Part shown: piece by piece, positions 19,752 through 28,743 of the stretch
How positions within the stretch are numbered: the stretch's first letter is position 1
How the letters are laid out: every line of letters starts with the position of its first letter
Origin: a virus
Strand: one strand, 5' to 3'
Virus record (IMG/VR): IMGVR_UViG_3300020733_000013
Location: 1-64,000 of that record
Length of the DNA: 64,000 nt
Program-made: the position numbers and the translations under genes
The notes under the pieces: model-generated
What the model saw: the letters and a program-made list of their open reading frames with translations, nothing else
The model's database searches: none
What the model was told of the DNA's origin: nothing

Positions 19752-20014
19752 ACGATGTTAACAAATTTCGACAACTTGCTGAACAGGACAAACCTTACCT
19801 GGACAAAGAGTTCAAAGAACTTGTTGAAAAAGTAGGTTTAATAGCTCCAGCTGATTTTGCAGGTGACGGTCATTATTATACAGGTGACGGTACACGAATT
19901 TATCTTGACCGTCGTTTGCAAATGTTTGCTAAAGAGTTGGTAGAACAAACTCGCCAGCAAACTGCTAAAGAATCTGTTAAACAGATTAAACAACATTTCG
20001 GAGTTGAAGAATGA
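19748..20014 (+). CDS. Small 'HFGVEE' family protein
   Basis: Ends IKQHFGVEE; ATGA coupling. Confidence 0.75.
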   Translation: MNDVNKFRQLAEQDKPYLDKEFKELVEKVGLIAPADFAGDGHYYTGDGTRIYLDRRLQMFAKELVEQTRQQTAKESVKQIKQHFGVEE

Positions 20015-20214
20015 ACAACCGAATTCGAGAATTGCTGACTGAGACCAAACCTTACGGTGTTGGCATTGGGTTGATTTGTATGAATGAAATTGAAAAGTTC
20101 GCTGAGTTATTGATTCGTGAATGTGCTGAGGTTGCCGATAATGCTGATGCCACTAGAGAAAAATGGCAAAGTATTGGCAAATTTGTAAAAGAACATTTTG
20201 GAGTTGAAGAATGA
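20011..20214 (+). CDS. Small 'HFGVEE' family protein
   Basis: EKFAELLIREC...VKEHFGVEE. Confidence 0.8.
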   Translation: MNNRIRELLTETKPYGVGIGLICMNEIEKFAELLIRECAEVADNADATREKWQSIGKFVKEHFGVEE

Positions 20215-20426
20215 TTGATCCTAGATCACAGGAAGAAAAATTAGCAAGAATGGATGAGTTGATGAAGCCAATTGAGCAACAACTTATGATGTGTGATGAC
20301 TATAAAGACCAGTTAATGATGGCTAGTTCTATGATGGTCACTGCTTGCGATTTATTTACTCAACATATGGGTACAGAAGGTGCGAAAGAAATGTTTACAA
20401 TTTTTATGGAGAGAAATTTCAAATGA
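20211..20426 (+). CDS. Hypothetical Met-rich protein
   Basis: ATGA coupling on both sides. Confidence 0.7.
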   Translation: MIDPRSQEEKLARMDELMKPIEQQLMMCDDYKDQLMMASSMMVTACDLFTQHMGTEGAKEMFTIFMERNFK

Positions 20427-20860
20427 CAAATCAAGTTGATTTAACAAAATATCAGGGGTTCGTTGAGGCAGTTACTAGTCAGGCTAGTAATGACTTAACA
20501 ACATTTATGAATCGCTTAGATTACCTAGATGGTAACTATGTTGAAAACGAGGGTCATGGACCTGATATCAATGTCCCGTTGCTTATCACTGCATGTATGG
20601 GTCTTGCCGCAGAAAGTGGCGAGTTCATTGAAGTGCCCAAGAAAATCATTTTTCAGGGTAAACCACTGACTGAGGCCGAAGTCTTCCATATGATTAGGGA
20701 GTTAGGAGATGTGATGTGGTATTGGATTAATGCTTGTCGGGCTCTTAACGTAGATCCAAATGATGTTATTCAAGAAAATATCAAAAAACTTGAAGCTAGA
20801 TATCCAGGCGGTTCATTTGACGCTACTTACTCGGAAAATCGCAAAGAGGGTGATATTTAA
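20423..20860 (+). CDS. mazG: MazG-like NTP pyrophosphohydrolase
   Basis: GLAAESGEF, RELGDVMWY, NIKKLEARYP. Confidence 0.88.
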   Translation: MTNQVDLTKYQGFVEAVTSQASNDLTTFMNRLDYLDGNYVENEGHGPDINVPLLITACMGLAAESGEFIEVPKKIIFQGKPLTEAEVFHMIRELGDVMWYWINACRALNVDPNDVIQENIKKLEARYPGGSFDATYSENRKEGDI

Positions 20861-20863
20861 TTA

Positions 20864-20885
20864 AAACGGGCCACAGTGCCCGTTT
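20864..20885. terminator. Hairpin/terminator after mazG
   Basis: AAACGGGC-cacagt-GCCCGTTT. Confidence 0.65.
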
Positions 20886-21300
20886 ATTATTAGTTTATAG
20901 GTGTCCCAGTACCTTGAAATATGGCTATAACCCGTCCTAACCACAGTGACGGTAGAGTGATGACGACTAACATCTAATTTATAGGACTACCCATTTGGAT
21001 GCCTAAACGCCTTGCCACTGCAAGTAACGTTTCCTATATCTTAACGGTTGTGATGTAGTAATACACTTTAAGAATGCCAAAAGATAGTAATTGCGATAGA
21101 TACTTTTGGGCTGGATAACACTTCCCGATGAATCATGTGTTATCATAACAGCGAATGCAGCAAATTCCCTTTATGGGTTAGTGAGACATAGACAATCCTC
21201 CACTGTAATATTTGAATTCATCGTCGCCTAAGTTCCTCAAGAATGTTTTGGTGTGGTAGGTTTATATCTACTCGCCATTGCCTAAGAATATTATTCTAAG
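20886..21300. ncRNA. Candidate large structured non-coding RNA (unclassified)
   Basis: The only long ORF-free gap in the window. Contains multiple stems (TATAGGA/TCCTATA, CTTGC/GCAAG, CCAAAAG/CTTTTGG, GATAACAC/GTGTTATC, TGTA-GTAA-TACA). Confidence 0.45.
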
Positions 21301-21379
21301 TCCTAAACAAATATCCCATAGAAATTTTAGATATATAACCCACTTGGATTTCAGATAAATAATGTATCCGGAGAATACA

Positions 21380-22141
21380 ATGGCAGATTATACCTTAGAC
21401 GAATTAAAAGAACAATTATTTCAGAATATTCGTTATCGTATGGGTGAGGGTATCATTGATTTAGAAATTGATCCTCAACATTGCGAAGCAGCATATCAAT
21501 ATGCAATTAAAATTTACCGTCAACGAGCACAAAATTCCACAAAGGAATCTTATACATTGTTGACAATGACCACCCACACAAATACATATACACTACCCAA
21601 GGACTTTCAAAATGTCCGTCAAGTATTCCGTAGAACCGTTGGGTTAGAAACAGGCCCAGCAGCTAGTAGTTTTGATCCGTTCAGTAGTGCTATCTTAAAC
21701 ACCTACTTGTTAAACTATAACTATGCCGGTGGTTTAGCAACGTATGACTTTTATGCAGGATACATTGAAATGGCTGCACGTATGTTTGGTGGCTATGTTA
21801 TCTTTACATTCAACAAAGTAACCAAAGAACTTAAAGTTGTACGTGACATTAAAGCTGACGGTGAGCAGATACTTATTTGGGGTGACTTAGCTAGACCCGA
21901 AGAAGAATTGTTACTTGATCCAGGATCAGGTATTTGGATTGGTGACTTTACATTAGCTACATTAAAACTAGTTATTGGTGAAGCACGTGAGAAGTTTTTA
22001 ACAATTGCAGGCCCAGGTGGAGGAACCACACTAAATGGTACCGCATTAAAAGCAGAAGGTCTTGCACAACAAAATCAATTGATTGATGAGTTGAAACGTT
22101 ATGTTGACGGTTCAGAACCACTAACTTGGATAATCGGATAA
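21380..22141 (+). CDS. Neck protein (gp13-like)
   Basis: YRMGEGIIDLEID, GEAREKF..IAGPGGGTTLNG; GGAG RBS. Confidence 0.82.
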   Translation: MADYTLDELKEQLFQNIRYRMGEGIIDLEIDPQHCEAAYQYAIKIYRQRAQNSTKESYTLLTMTTHTNTYTLPKDFQNVRQVFRRTVGLETGPAASSFDPFSSAILNTYLLNYNYAGGLATYDFYAGYIEMAARMFGGYVIFTFNKVTKELKVVRDIKADGEQILIWGDLARPEEELLLDPGSGIWIGDFTLATLKLVIGEAREKFLTIAGPGGGTTLNGTALKAEGLAQQNQLIDELKRYVDGSEPLTWIIG

Positions 22142-22142
22142 T

Positions 22143-23330
22143 ATGAGAGCAAGTGAGTTCATTGTTGAGTATAAGCAATATCCTCTGGAAGAGTTTGAGG
22201 GTATCAATATGAAACTTAAAGTAGACAACCATGAGTTGATTCTGCAGGCTCTTGACGACTGGGGTAACAAAGTACTAGGTCATGTTAGAATGAACATAGG
22301 CGATGGTAGTGAACTAGACCCTCAAGATTTACAAGTTGACGAACGTTATAGAGGTCAGGGCATAGCAAAGGTAATGTATGATTACCTTAAGTCTAAAGGT
22401 TATGAAATACATCGTAGTCCTGACCAAACAGATGACGGTAAACATTTTTGGGACAAGAACCGCGGTGAAGAAGGTAATGTTTGGGAAGATGTTTTCGGTT
22501 CAAAAGCACCAAAGAAATTTGAACCTCTGGAAGAGTTTGAGGAAAATAATCTAAAACTAGAACCCGAACCGTATGAAGGTTGGACTGGCGAAGGTATTAT
22601 TATTCGTGCGTATTTGAGTGACAAAGAAGTAGGGCATGTAATCTTTGAACCTACAGAAGATGATGAAACACAATGGTATGCAGTTGATGTTGAAGTAGAT
22701 GACAACTATCAGCGTAAAGGTATTGCTACATCTATGTATAACTTGGCTAAGAATATTGCTAAAAAGCGTGGTATAATTATTGTTCGTAGTCATGCACAAA
22801 GTCAAGCCGGTCAAGGTCTTTGGCAAGATAAAAAAGTTTGGGAAGATGTACCTAAACCTGGACCAAGTTCAGGAGCGCCAAAGCAATTTGGACCTGACGC
22901 AAAGATAGAAACTCGCCAAATGACTGTAAAGCAATTAATCTCGTCAGTACCAGGCTTGCCCTACTACAACAATGTAGTTGATGATTGGGATGCTAAGGAC
23001 TATAGTTGGGGAGTTACTAAGAAGGTAATAGAATACGCAACTTATCTAAAAGAACATCCAGAGAGTTTGTCAAAGTTGCCACCCATAATAGTATTGAACG
23101 GCAAGTTTGAAGATGGCGCACATAGAGTGTCTGCTATATGGTTGCTACAACAAAGAATGGATCCTAAAAATCCACTGTGGTCAAATGCCAAACTAAATGT
23201 TCAATTCGTTACTCAAAATATCAACGAATCATTTCTAATATTGGTGAGAAAAATGGTTTCTTTGGTAAGAAACACACAGATGAACAACGACAAAGAAAAA
23301 GAACCGAAAAACTTTTATCCCCTAAAATAA
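22143..23330 (+). CDS. Putative internal head polyprotein: GNAT + GNAT + ParB-like
   Basis: MRASEFIVE leader; acetyl-CoA motifs VDERYRGQGIA and VDDNYQRKGIA; ParB-like PPIIVLNG..EDGAHR. Confidence 0.7.
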   Translation: MRASEFIVEYKQYPLEEFEGINMKLKVDNHELILQALDDWGNKVLGHVRMNIGDGSELDPQDLQVDERYRGQGIAKVMYDYLKSKGYEIHRSPDQTDDGKHFWDKNRGEEGNVWEDVFGSKAPKKFEPLEEFEENNLKLEPEPYEGWTGEGIIIRAYLSDKEVGHVIFEPTEDDETQWYAVDVEVDDNYQRKGIATSMYNLAKNIAKKRGIIIVRSHAQSQAGQGLWQDKKVWEDVPKPGPSSGAPKQFGPDAKIETRQMTVKQLISSVPGLPYYNNVVDDWDAKDYSWGVTKKVIEYATYLKEHPESLSKLPPIIVLNGKFEDGAHRVSAIWLLQQRMDPKNPLWSNAKLNVQFVTQNINESFLILVRKMVSLVRNTQMNNDKEKEPKNFYPLK

Positions 23331-23419
23331 AATGTTATCATTGTAGCAAAGAAATTGACAGCATGAACTATGCTAGATGGCATGGGGATAAATGTAAAAA
23401 TAAAAAGGAAAATATATGA
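23236..23419 (+). pseudogene. Homing endonuclease C-terminal remnant (NUMOD3 + Zn finger)
   Basis: GEKNGFFGKKHTDEQR...CYHC...RWHGDKCK; no nuclease domain upstream in frame. Confidence 0.65.
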
Positions 23420-24060
23420 TTGTCGGTGTGTGTGGTTTCATCGGTAGTGGTAAAGATACGATTGCAGACTATCTTTGCACACATCATAAGTTTAAGCGAA
23501 TTAGTTTTGCAGCCAGTCTTAAAGATGCAGTAGCAGCAATCTTTGGTTGGGACAGAGAATTACTAGAGGGAACGACAAAAAGCAGTCGTCAATGGCGTGA
23601 ACAAGTAGATCCTTGGTGGAGTGAACGATTAGGTAAAGATATCACACCCCGTTGGATACTACAATATTGGGGCACAGAAGTCTGTCGTCAAGGCTTTCAC
23701 GATGATATTTGGGTAGCAAGCGTAGAGAATAAACTACGCCAAGCAAAGGATGATATTGTCATCACCGACTGTCGTTTTGCTAACGAGATTAAAGCTATCA
23801 AAGATGCAGGTGGCATCACAGTACGAGTATCTAGGGGAGACGAACCTGAATGGTACAGTGCAGCAGTTGAATACAACAAGGGACCAAACGGTAATCCCAT
23901 GTGGGCACTGAGCAAAGCTAAACTAGACAAACTAAAAGTACATGCTAGTGAGTATTCTAGTGTTGGATTAAAGTATGATTATTACCTAGACAACAATGGA
24001 ACAATTGATGAACTACACAATCATATTAGTCAACTGTTAGATCACCACGACGCCACGTAA
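23416..24060 (+). CDS. Deoxynucleoside monophosphate kinase (gp1-like)
   Basis: GFIGSGKDT, SFAASLK, LQYWGTE, TDCRFANE, HASE. Confidence 0.92.
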   Translation: MIVGVCGFIGSGKDTIADYLCTHHKFKRISFAASLKDAVAAIFGWDRELLEGTTKSSRQWREQVDPWWSERLGKDITPRWILQYWGTEVCRQGFHDDIWVASVENKLRQAKDDIVITDCRFANEIKAIKDAGGITVRVSRGDEPEWYSAAVEYNKGPNGNPMWALSKAKLDKLKVHASEYSSVGLKYDYYLDNNGTIDELHNHISQLLDHHDAT

Positions 24061-24367
24061 TTTCCTTACGTTTCACTACCTCTACACAGTTTAAACAAAC
24101 AGTTCTTAGATTACTAGCACTAATATTCTCTAAGTTCCCGTCAATATGAAATACTGTTAGTTGACTGGTGAACAAACTTTTAAAGCCACATACATCACAT
24201 GTGGTTTTTTTCTTGTATGTACCACTTTGCCAATTTGGCTTTCTTGGTTTAAGTTTCTTTTTCTTTCTACCACATTCATCACACGTGCTACGATAGTGTG
24301 TAATGTCATTGCGTTTATAGTTAACAGCGCAAAAGTTTTTGTTGCATTTAGAACAGATAGGTCTCAT
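24026..24367 (-). CDS. Zn-finger/HNH-like protein
   Basis: Four CxxC pairs; HIDGN...NLRTVCLNC. Confidence 0.7.
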   Translation of the reverse strand: MRPICSKCNKNFCAVNYKRNDITHYRSTCDECGRKKKKLKPRKPNWQSGTYKKKTTCDVCGFKSLFTSQLTVFHIDGNLENISASNLRTVCLNCVEVVKRKEITWRRGDLTVD

Positions 24368-24486
24368 GTGATATTTATGCAAGAAACCTTCGAAGGCACG
24401 CTTATTGAGTCTTTTTAGAAAATTTCGCTAAATATCTATACGAACTAGGGCGTTAACCCTCACAATCATAACTAAAGGAAAACAAA

Positions 24487-27400
24487 ATGGCATTAAATTC
24501 ACCAGGCGTACAAGTAACGATTATTGACCAAAGTCAATACTTACCTGCAGCCTCAAATTCAGTTCCTCTAATCTTATTGGCAACTGCACAGAACAAAGCA
24601 GACCCGACAGGAACAGCAGTAGCCGCAGCGACAACAGCCGCTAACGCAGGAAAATTATATCAATTAACAAGTCAACGTGACTTGGCAACACTATACGGAA
24701 ACCCATTCTTCTATAAAACTTCTACCGGTACACCAATTCATGGTTACGAGTTAAACGAATATGGATTGTTAGCAGCATGGTCATTGTTAGGTGTTACAAA
24801 CGCTTGCTATGTATTACGTGCTGATATCGACTTGTCAAGTCTAGTTGGTACATTAAGTCGTCCAGACGGTGCACCAGCAGACGGAACATATTGGTTAGAC
24901 ACAACAAACAGTTCATGGGGTATCTATGAATTTAATGCTACAACTGGTCAGTTTGTTCTAAAAACTCCTACTATCTTTGATAAAGGTATTTCAGAAGTTG
25001 GAACAAATGGTTACCCATATGACACATTAGGTAACATCGGTGATTACGCAGTTGTTCCAAATATGTTAACAAGTTTACCAATCGGTAAGAGCACATATTT
25101 CTATAAAAATAGATTTAATGCATGGGTAGAAATTGGTAGTGCAGCATGGCAAAGTTCATTGTTCACAGTATTGGGAACAAAATCAACTCCAACTCCAGCG
25201 ATCACTGCAAACAGTGATAGTTTCTCTATTACTTACAATTCATTTGTAGTTACTATTGCTCCAACACAAGCAACAGTTGATAACATTGTTACACAAATTA
25301 ATAATGCAGGTATCGCTGAATTGTCTGCTACAAATGTTAACGGTAAGTTAGGAATTAGTATATCTTCATACAGAACAAATGCATCAGTTGCACTAGCTGA
25401 TGTATCAGGTACATTGTTAGAAAAATTAGGTATCACACCTGGAACATATTATGCACCTGACATTGTTTACGGTGACAGTGCAAGTATGCCACTATGGTCA
25501 TCAAGTCAACAGTATCCACACCCAACAGGTTCTGTTTGGATTAAAACAAGCACAGCAGGTAATGGGTTAGATTTGATTGTAAACAAATATTCAGCAGCAA
25601 ATGCAGGATGGTCATCAGTCAATACTCCAGCATATACAAGTGCAGATGCAGCAAATGCAGACCTTGATAGTGTTGGTGGTAAAAATATCCCAGCAGGAAG
25701 CTTAATTGCCCTATACCAAACACGCAGAGGTTCATTAAGTCCTGTAGTTATCTATGAAAGACTAGCATCAGGTGCAACACTAATTACAGGTGGAACAAGT
25801 AATATTACTATCCCTTCAGGAAAAGTCATTACAGTTGCAGTAAGCCAACCCGGAACATTGACAGATGTTGTCTATTCATTTACAACTTCTGGTGGTGATT
25901 TATCATCATTCATCACAGATTGGACACACGCTAATATTGTTTACACTTCTATAACAGAAACGACTGATGGATCTGTACAATTGAGCCATGCATTAGGTGG
26001 TGAGATTTATGTTCACGATTATCAACCATCCGGTGGTAGTGGTGCAGGACAATCTGCAGGTGTATTGTCAGCATTAGGTTTAACTCCAGAAATGAGTATG
26101 AATGTTACTTATGACAAACCTTTCTTATACACAACAACTGTAACAAGCACATCAAATTCAAACAATGGCGGAAGTGCAACTGGTTCTGTTACATTGAATG
26201 TAACTTCATCAGGATTATACTATAGCATCATCAGTACTAACAGCACTGCAACTACTGGTTTTCAAGCAGGTGATACAGTTACATTCAGCGGTGCAGTATT
26301 AGGTGGCACAACACCAGCAAATGATTTAGTATTGAATGTGTTAACAGTTGATGGATCAGGTAAGATTCTTACTTTAGCATATGCTTCAGGTACACCAAGA
26401 GTTAACTATCTAACACACTTGTCAAACTGGGTAATGTTAGATTACACTGCTAACGAAGGTGCTCCAGCAGCATTACCACTCAACAGTACAAATTGGTACT
26501 ATAGCACTGCTACTGAAGTTGACATTATGGTTCAACAAGGTGGTGCTTGGAAAGGTTACGGAAACGTAGCATATGATAGTAATGGTCATCCAGCACATAC
26601 TGGTTCTAACATGACAGACCCAGCAGGTGTAATTATGAGTGCAACAGCTCCAACTACACAAAGTGATGGAACAACAGCAGTTGCATATGGTGACTTATGG
26701 TTAGACACGAGTGACCTAGAAAACTATCCACTAATCTATCGTTGGCAGTCAGTTAACGGTTACGACCAATGGGTCTTAATCAACAATGCAGATCACCATT
26801 CAAGTTCTGGTATTGTATTCGCTGACGCACGTTGGGGCAAAAATAGTAACGTTGACCCAGTCAACGATCCTATCCCAACAATTGCGGGTCTAATGACAAG
26901 TAACTATGTTGACTTAGACGCCCCTAATCCAGCACTATATCCACAAGGTATTTTGTTGTTTAACACACGCCGTTCAGGTTATAACGTTAAGAAGTTTACA
27001 ACAAATTACTTTACAGCTAAGAATTTCCAAACAGGTAGCTTACCACTAGTAAGTTACACATGGGTAACAGAAGGTGGGTTGAAAGAAGACGGTTCAGCAT
27101 ACATGGGTCGTAAAGCACAACGTAATCTAGTTGTACAAGCGATGAAAGCAGCACTTGATACTAACGTAACAATCCGTGAAGAAGATAACTTCTTTAACTT
27201 GATTAGTTGCCCAGGATATCCTGAATTGCAACCAGATATGGTTACATTGAACAATGACCGTAACAATACAGCTTACATCATTGGTGACACACCATTGCGC
27301 TTGAAAGACCAAGCAACTGACATTACTAACTGGGCTAATAACACAGTTGGTGCTACAGAGTCAGGTGAAGATGGTTGGGTAACACGTGATGAATATTTGG

Positions 27401-28047
27401 GTGTATTCTACCCAAGTGGCATCACAACAGATTTGTCAGGCGCCCCTGCAGTTGTCCCAGCAAGTCACATGATGTTGCGTACATTCTTACGTAATGACAC
27501 AATCGCTTATCCTTGGTTAGCAGCAGCCGGTACACGCCGTGGTACAATTGACAATGCTACAAACATTGGATACCTAGATGCAGCAACAGGTGAGTTTGTA
27601 ACTGTTAAGAACCGTATGGCAATACGTGATGTATTATATACAAATCAAATCAACCCAATGGCATACTTCACTGGAATTGGTTTGTTGAACTATGGTAATA
27701 AGAGTTCATTTGCTTCACAGTCAGCATTAGATAGAACAAACGTAGGTCGCTTAGTCGCTTACATTCGTCAACAACTACAAATTGCTGCTCGTCCATTCGT
27801 ATTTGAACCAAACGATGCATTAACACGTAGTCAATTGGCAGGTGTGATTCAATCATTATTTGTCGATTTAGTTGCGAAACGTGGTCTATATGATTACATT
27901 GTAGTTTGTGATGAATCAAACAACTATGCAGCACGTATTGATAGAAATGAATTATGGGTAGACGTTGCAATTGAGCCAGTAAAAGCGGCTGAGTTCATCT
28001 ACATCCCGGTTCGTATTGTTAATACAGGATCACTAGCAGCAGCATAA
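24487..28047 (+). CDS. Tail sheath protein (gp18-like), large
   Basis: SPGVQVTIID N-terminus; C-terminal WLAAAG.RRG, LY.NQINP, FEPND, IEPVKAAEFIYI. Confidence 0.93.
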   Translation: MALNSPGVQVTIIDQSQYLPAASNSVPLILLATAQNKADPTGTAVAAATTAANAGKLYQLTSQRDLATLYGNPFFYKTSTGTPIHGYELNEYGLLAAWSLLGVTNACYVLRADIDLSSLVGTLSRPDGAPADGTYWLDTTNSSWGIYEFNATTGQFVLKTPTIFDKGISEVGTNGYPYDTLGNIGDYAVVPNMLTSLPIGKSTYFYKNRFNAWVEIGSAAWQSSLFTVLGTKSTPTPAITANSDSFSITYNSFVVTIAPTQATVDNIVTQINNAGIAELSATNVNGKLGISISSYRTNASVALADVSGTLLEKLGITPGTYYAPDIVYGDSASMPLWSSSQQYPHPTGSVWIKTSTAGNGLDLIVNKYSAANAGWSSVNTPAYTSADAANADLDSVGGKNIPAGSLIALYQTRRGSLSPVVIYERLASGATLITGGTSNITIPSGKVITVAVSQPGTLTDVVYSFTTSGGDLSSFITDWTHANIVYTSITETTDGSVQLSHALGGEIYVHDYQPSGGSGAGQSAGVLSALGLTPEMSMNVTYDKPFLYTTTVTSTSNSNNGGSATGSVTLNVTSSGLYYSIISTNSTATTGFQAGDTVTFSGAVLGGTTPANDLVLNVLTVDGSGKILTLAYASGTPRVNYLTHLSNWVMLDYTANEGAPAALPLNSTNWYYSTATEVDIMVQQGGAWKGYGNVAYDSNGHPAHTGSNMTDPAGVIMSATAPTTQSDGTTAVAYGDLWLDTSDLENYPLIYRWQSVNGYDQWVLINNADHHSSSGIVFADARWGKNSNVDPVNDPIPTIAGLMTSNYVDLDAPNPALYPQGILLFNTRRSGYNVKKFTTNYFTAKNFQTGSLPLVSYTWVTEGGLKEDGSAYMGRKAQRNLVVQAMKAALDTNVTIREEDNFFNLISCPGYPELQPDMVTLNNDRNNTAYIIGDTPLRLKDQATDITNWANNTVGATESGEDGWVTRDEYLGVFYPSGITTDLSGAPAVVPASHMMLRTFLRNDTIAYPWLAAAGTRRGTIDNATNIGYLDAATGEFVTVKNRMAIRDVLYTNQINPMAYFTGIGLLNYGNKSSFASQSALDRTNVGRLVAYIRQQLQIAARPFVFEPNDALTRSQLAGVIQSLFVDLVAKRGLYDYIVVCDESNNYAARIDRNELWVDVAIEPVKAAEFIYIPVRIVNTGSLAAA

Positions 28048-28048
28048 T

Positions 28049-28073
28049 AAATGGCGCGGAGACGCGCCATTTT
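28049..28073 (+). terminator. Intrinsic terminator
   Basis: AAATGGCGCG-gaga-CGCGCCATTTT. Confidence 0.75.
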
Positions 28074-28104
28074 ATAAGATAAATAAAATATAGGAGAATA
28101 TTAT

Positions 28105-28740
28105 ATGGCAACAGCCTCACAATCACTGTTCAATATGACCGTAGGAGCTGACAATGCACCAGCTTCACAGGGCTTGTTGATGCCAAAATTGCAGTTCCGT
28201 TTCAGAGCATTGTTCTTAAACTTCGGCGTTGGTGGTTCTACACAAGAATTGACAAAACAAGTTATTGACATTGCACGTCCAAACGTAAGTTTTACGGAAA
28301 TTCCAATTGATGTGTACAACAGTAAAATGTATCTAGCAGGTAAGCATGAGTGGACAACTACTACTGTTAACTTGCGTGACGATGCATCTGGTAGCGTAAG
28401 CAAACTAGTAGGTCAACAACTACAGAAACAAATGGACTTTGTTGAACAAGCTAGTGCTGCAAGTGGACAAGACTATAAGTTCCAAATCAATTATGAAGTA
28501 TTAGACGGTGGTAACGGTGTGTTACAACCTAATGTCTTAGAAACATGGGAACTTTATGGTTGCTTCATTCAAGCTGCAAACTACAATAACATGAACTATT
28601 CAACAAACGAACCAGCAACAGTTAGTTTGACAATTCGTTATGATAACGCAATTCAAGCTCCACTTGGTTCAGGTATTGGTACAAGTGTTGGTCGTGCTTT
28701 TGGTGGCTCATCAGTTACTGGTATCGGCAGAAACGGATAA
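28105..28740 (+). CDS. Tail tube protein (gp19-like)
   Basis: Follows the sheath gene; YLAGKHEW, ETWELYGCF, LTIRYD. Confidence 0.88.
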   Translation: MATASQSLFNMTVGADNAPASQGLLMPKLQFRFRALFLNFGVGGSTQELTKQVIDIARPNVSFTEIPIDVYNSKMYLAGKHEWTTTTVNLRDDASGSVSKLVGQQLQKQMDFVEQASAASGQDYKFQINYEVLDGGNGVLQPNVLETWELYGCFIQAANYNNMNYSTNEPATVSLTIRYDNAIQAPLGSGIGTSVGRAFGGSSVTGIGRNG

Positions 28741-28743
28741 TAA

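Larger units (their letters stand above)
19720..20214 (+). repeat. Three direct repeats at gene junctions
   Basis: AGATTAAACAACATTTCGGAGTTGAAGAATGAAC is identical at ~19720 and ~19983. A variant AACATTTTGGAGTTGAAGAATGA lies at ~20192. Confidence 0.85.

Noticed and set aside
19720-20214. CRISPR array
   Set aside because: The repeats are coding gene junctions spaced 200-260 bp apart, and no cas genes are present.
20861-21360. tRNA, tmRNA, RNase P, group I intron or hammerhead identity
   Set aside because: No T-loop/CCA ends, no complete RNase P or intron core motifs, no CUGANGA/GAAA pair, and no interrupted gene flanking it.
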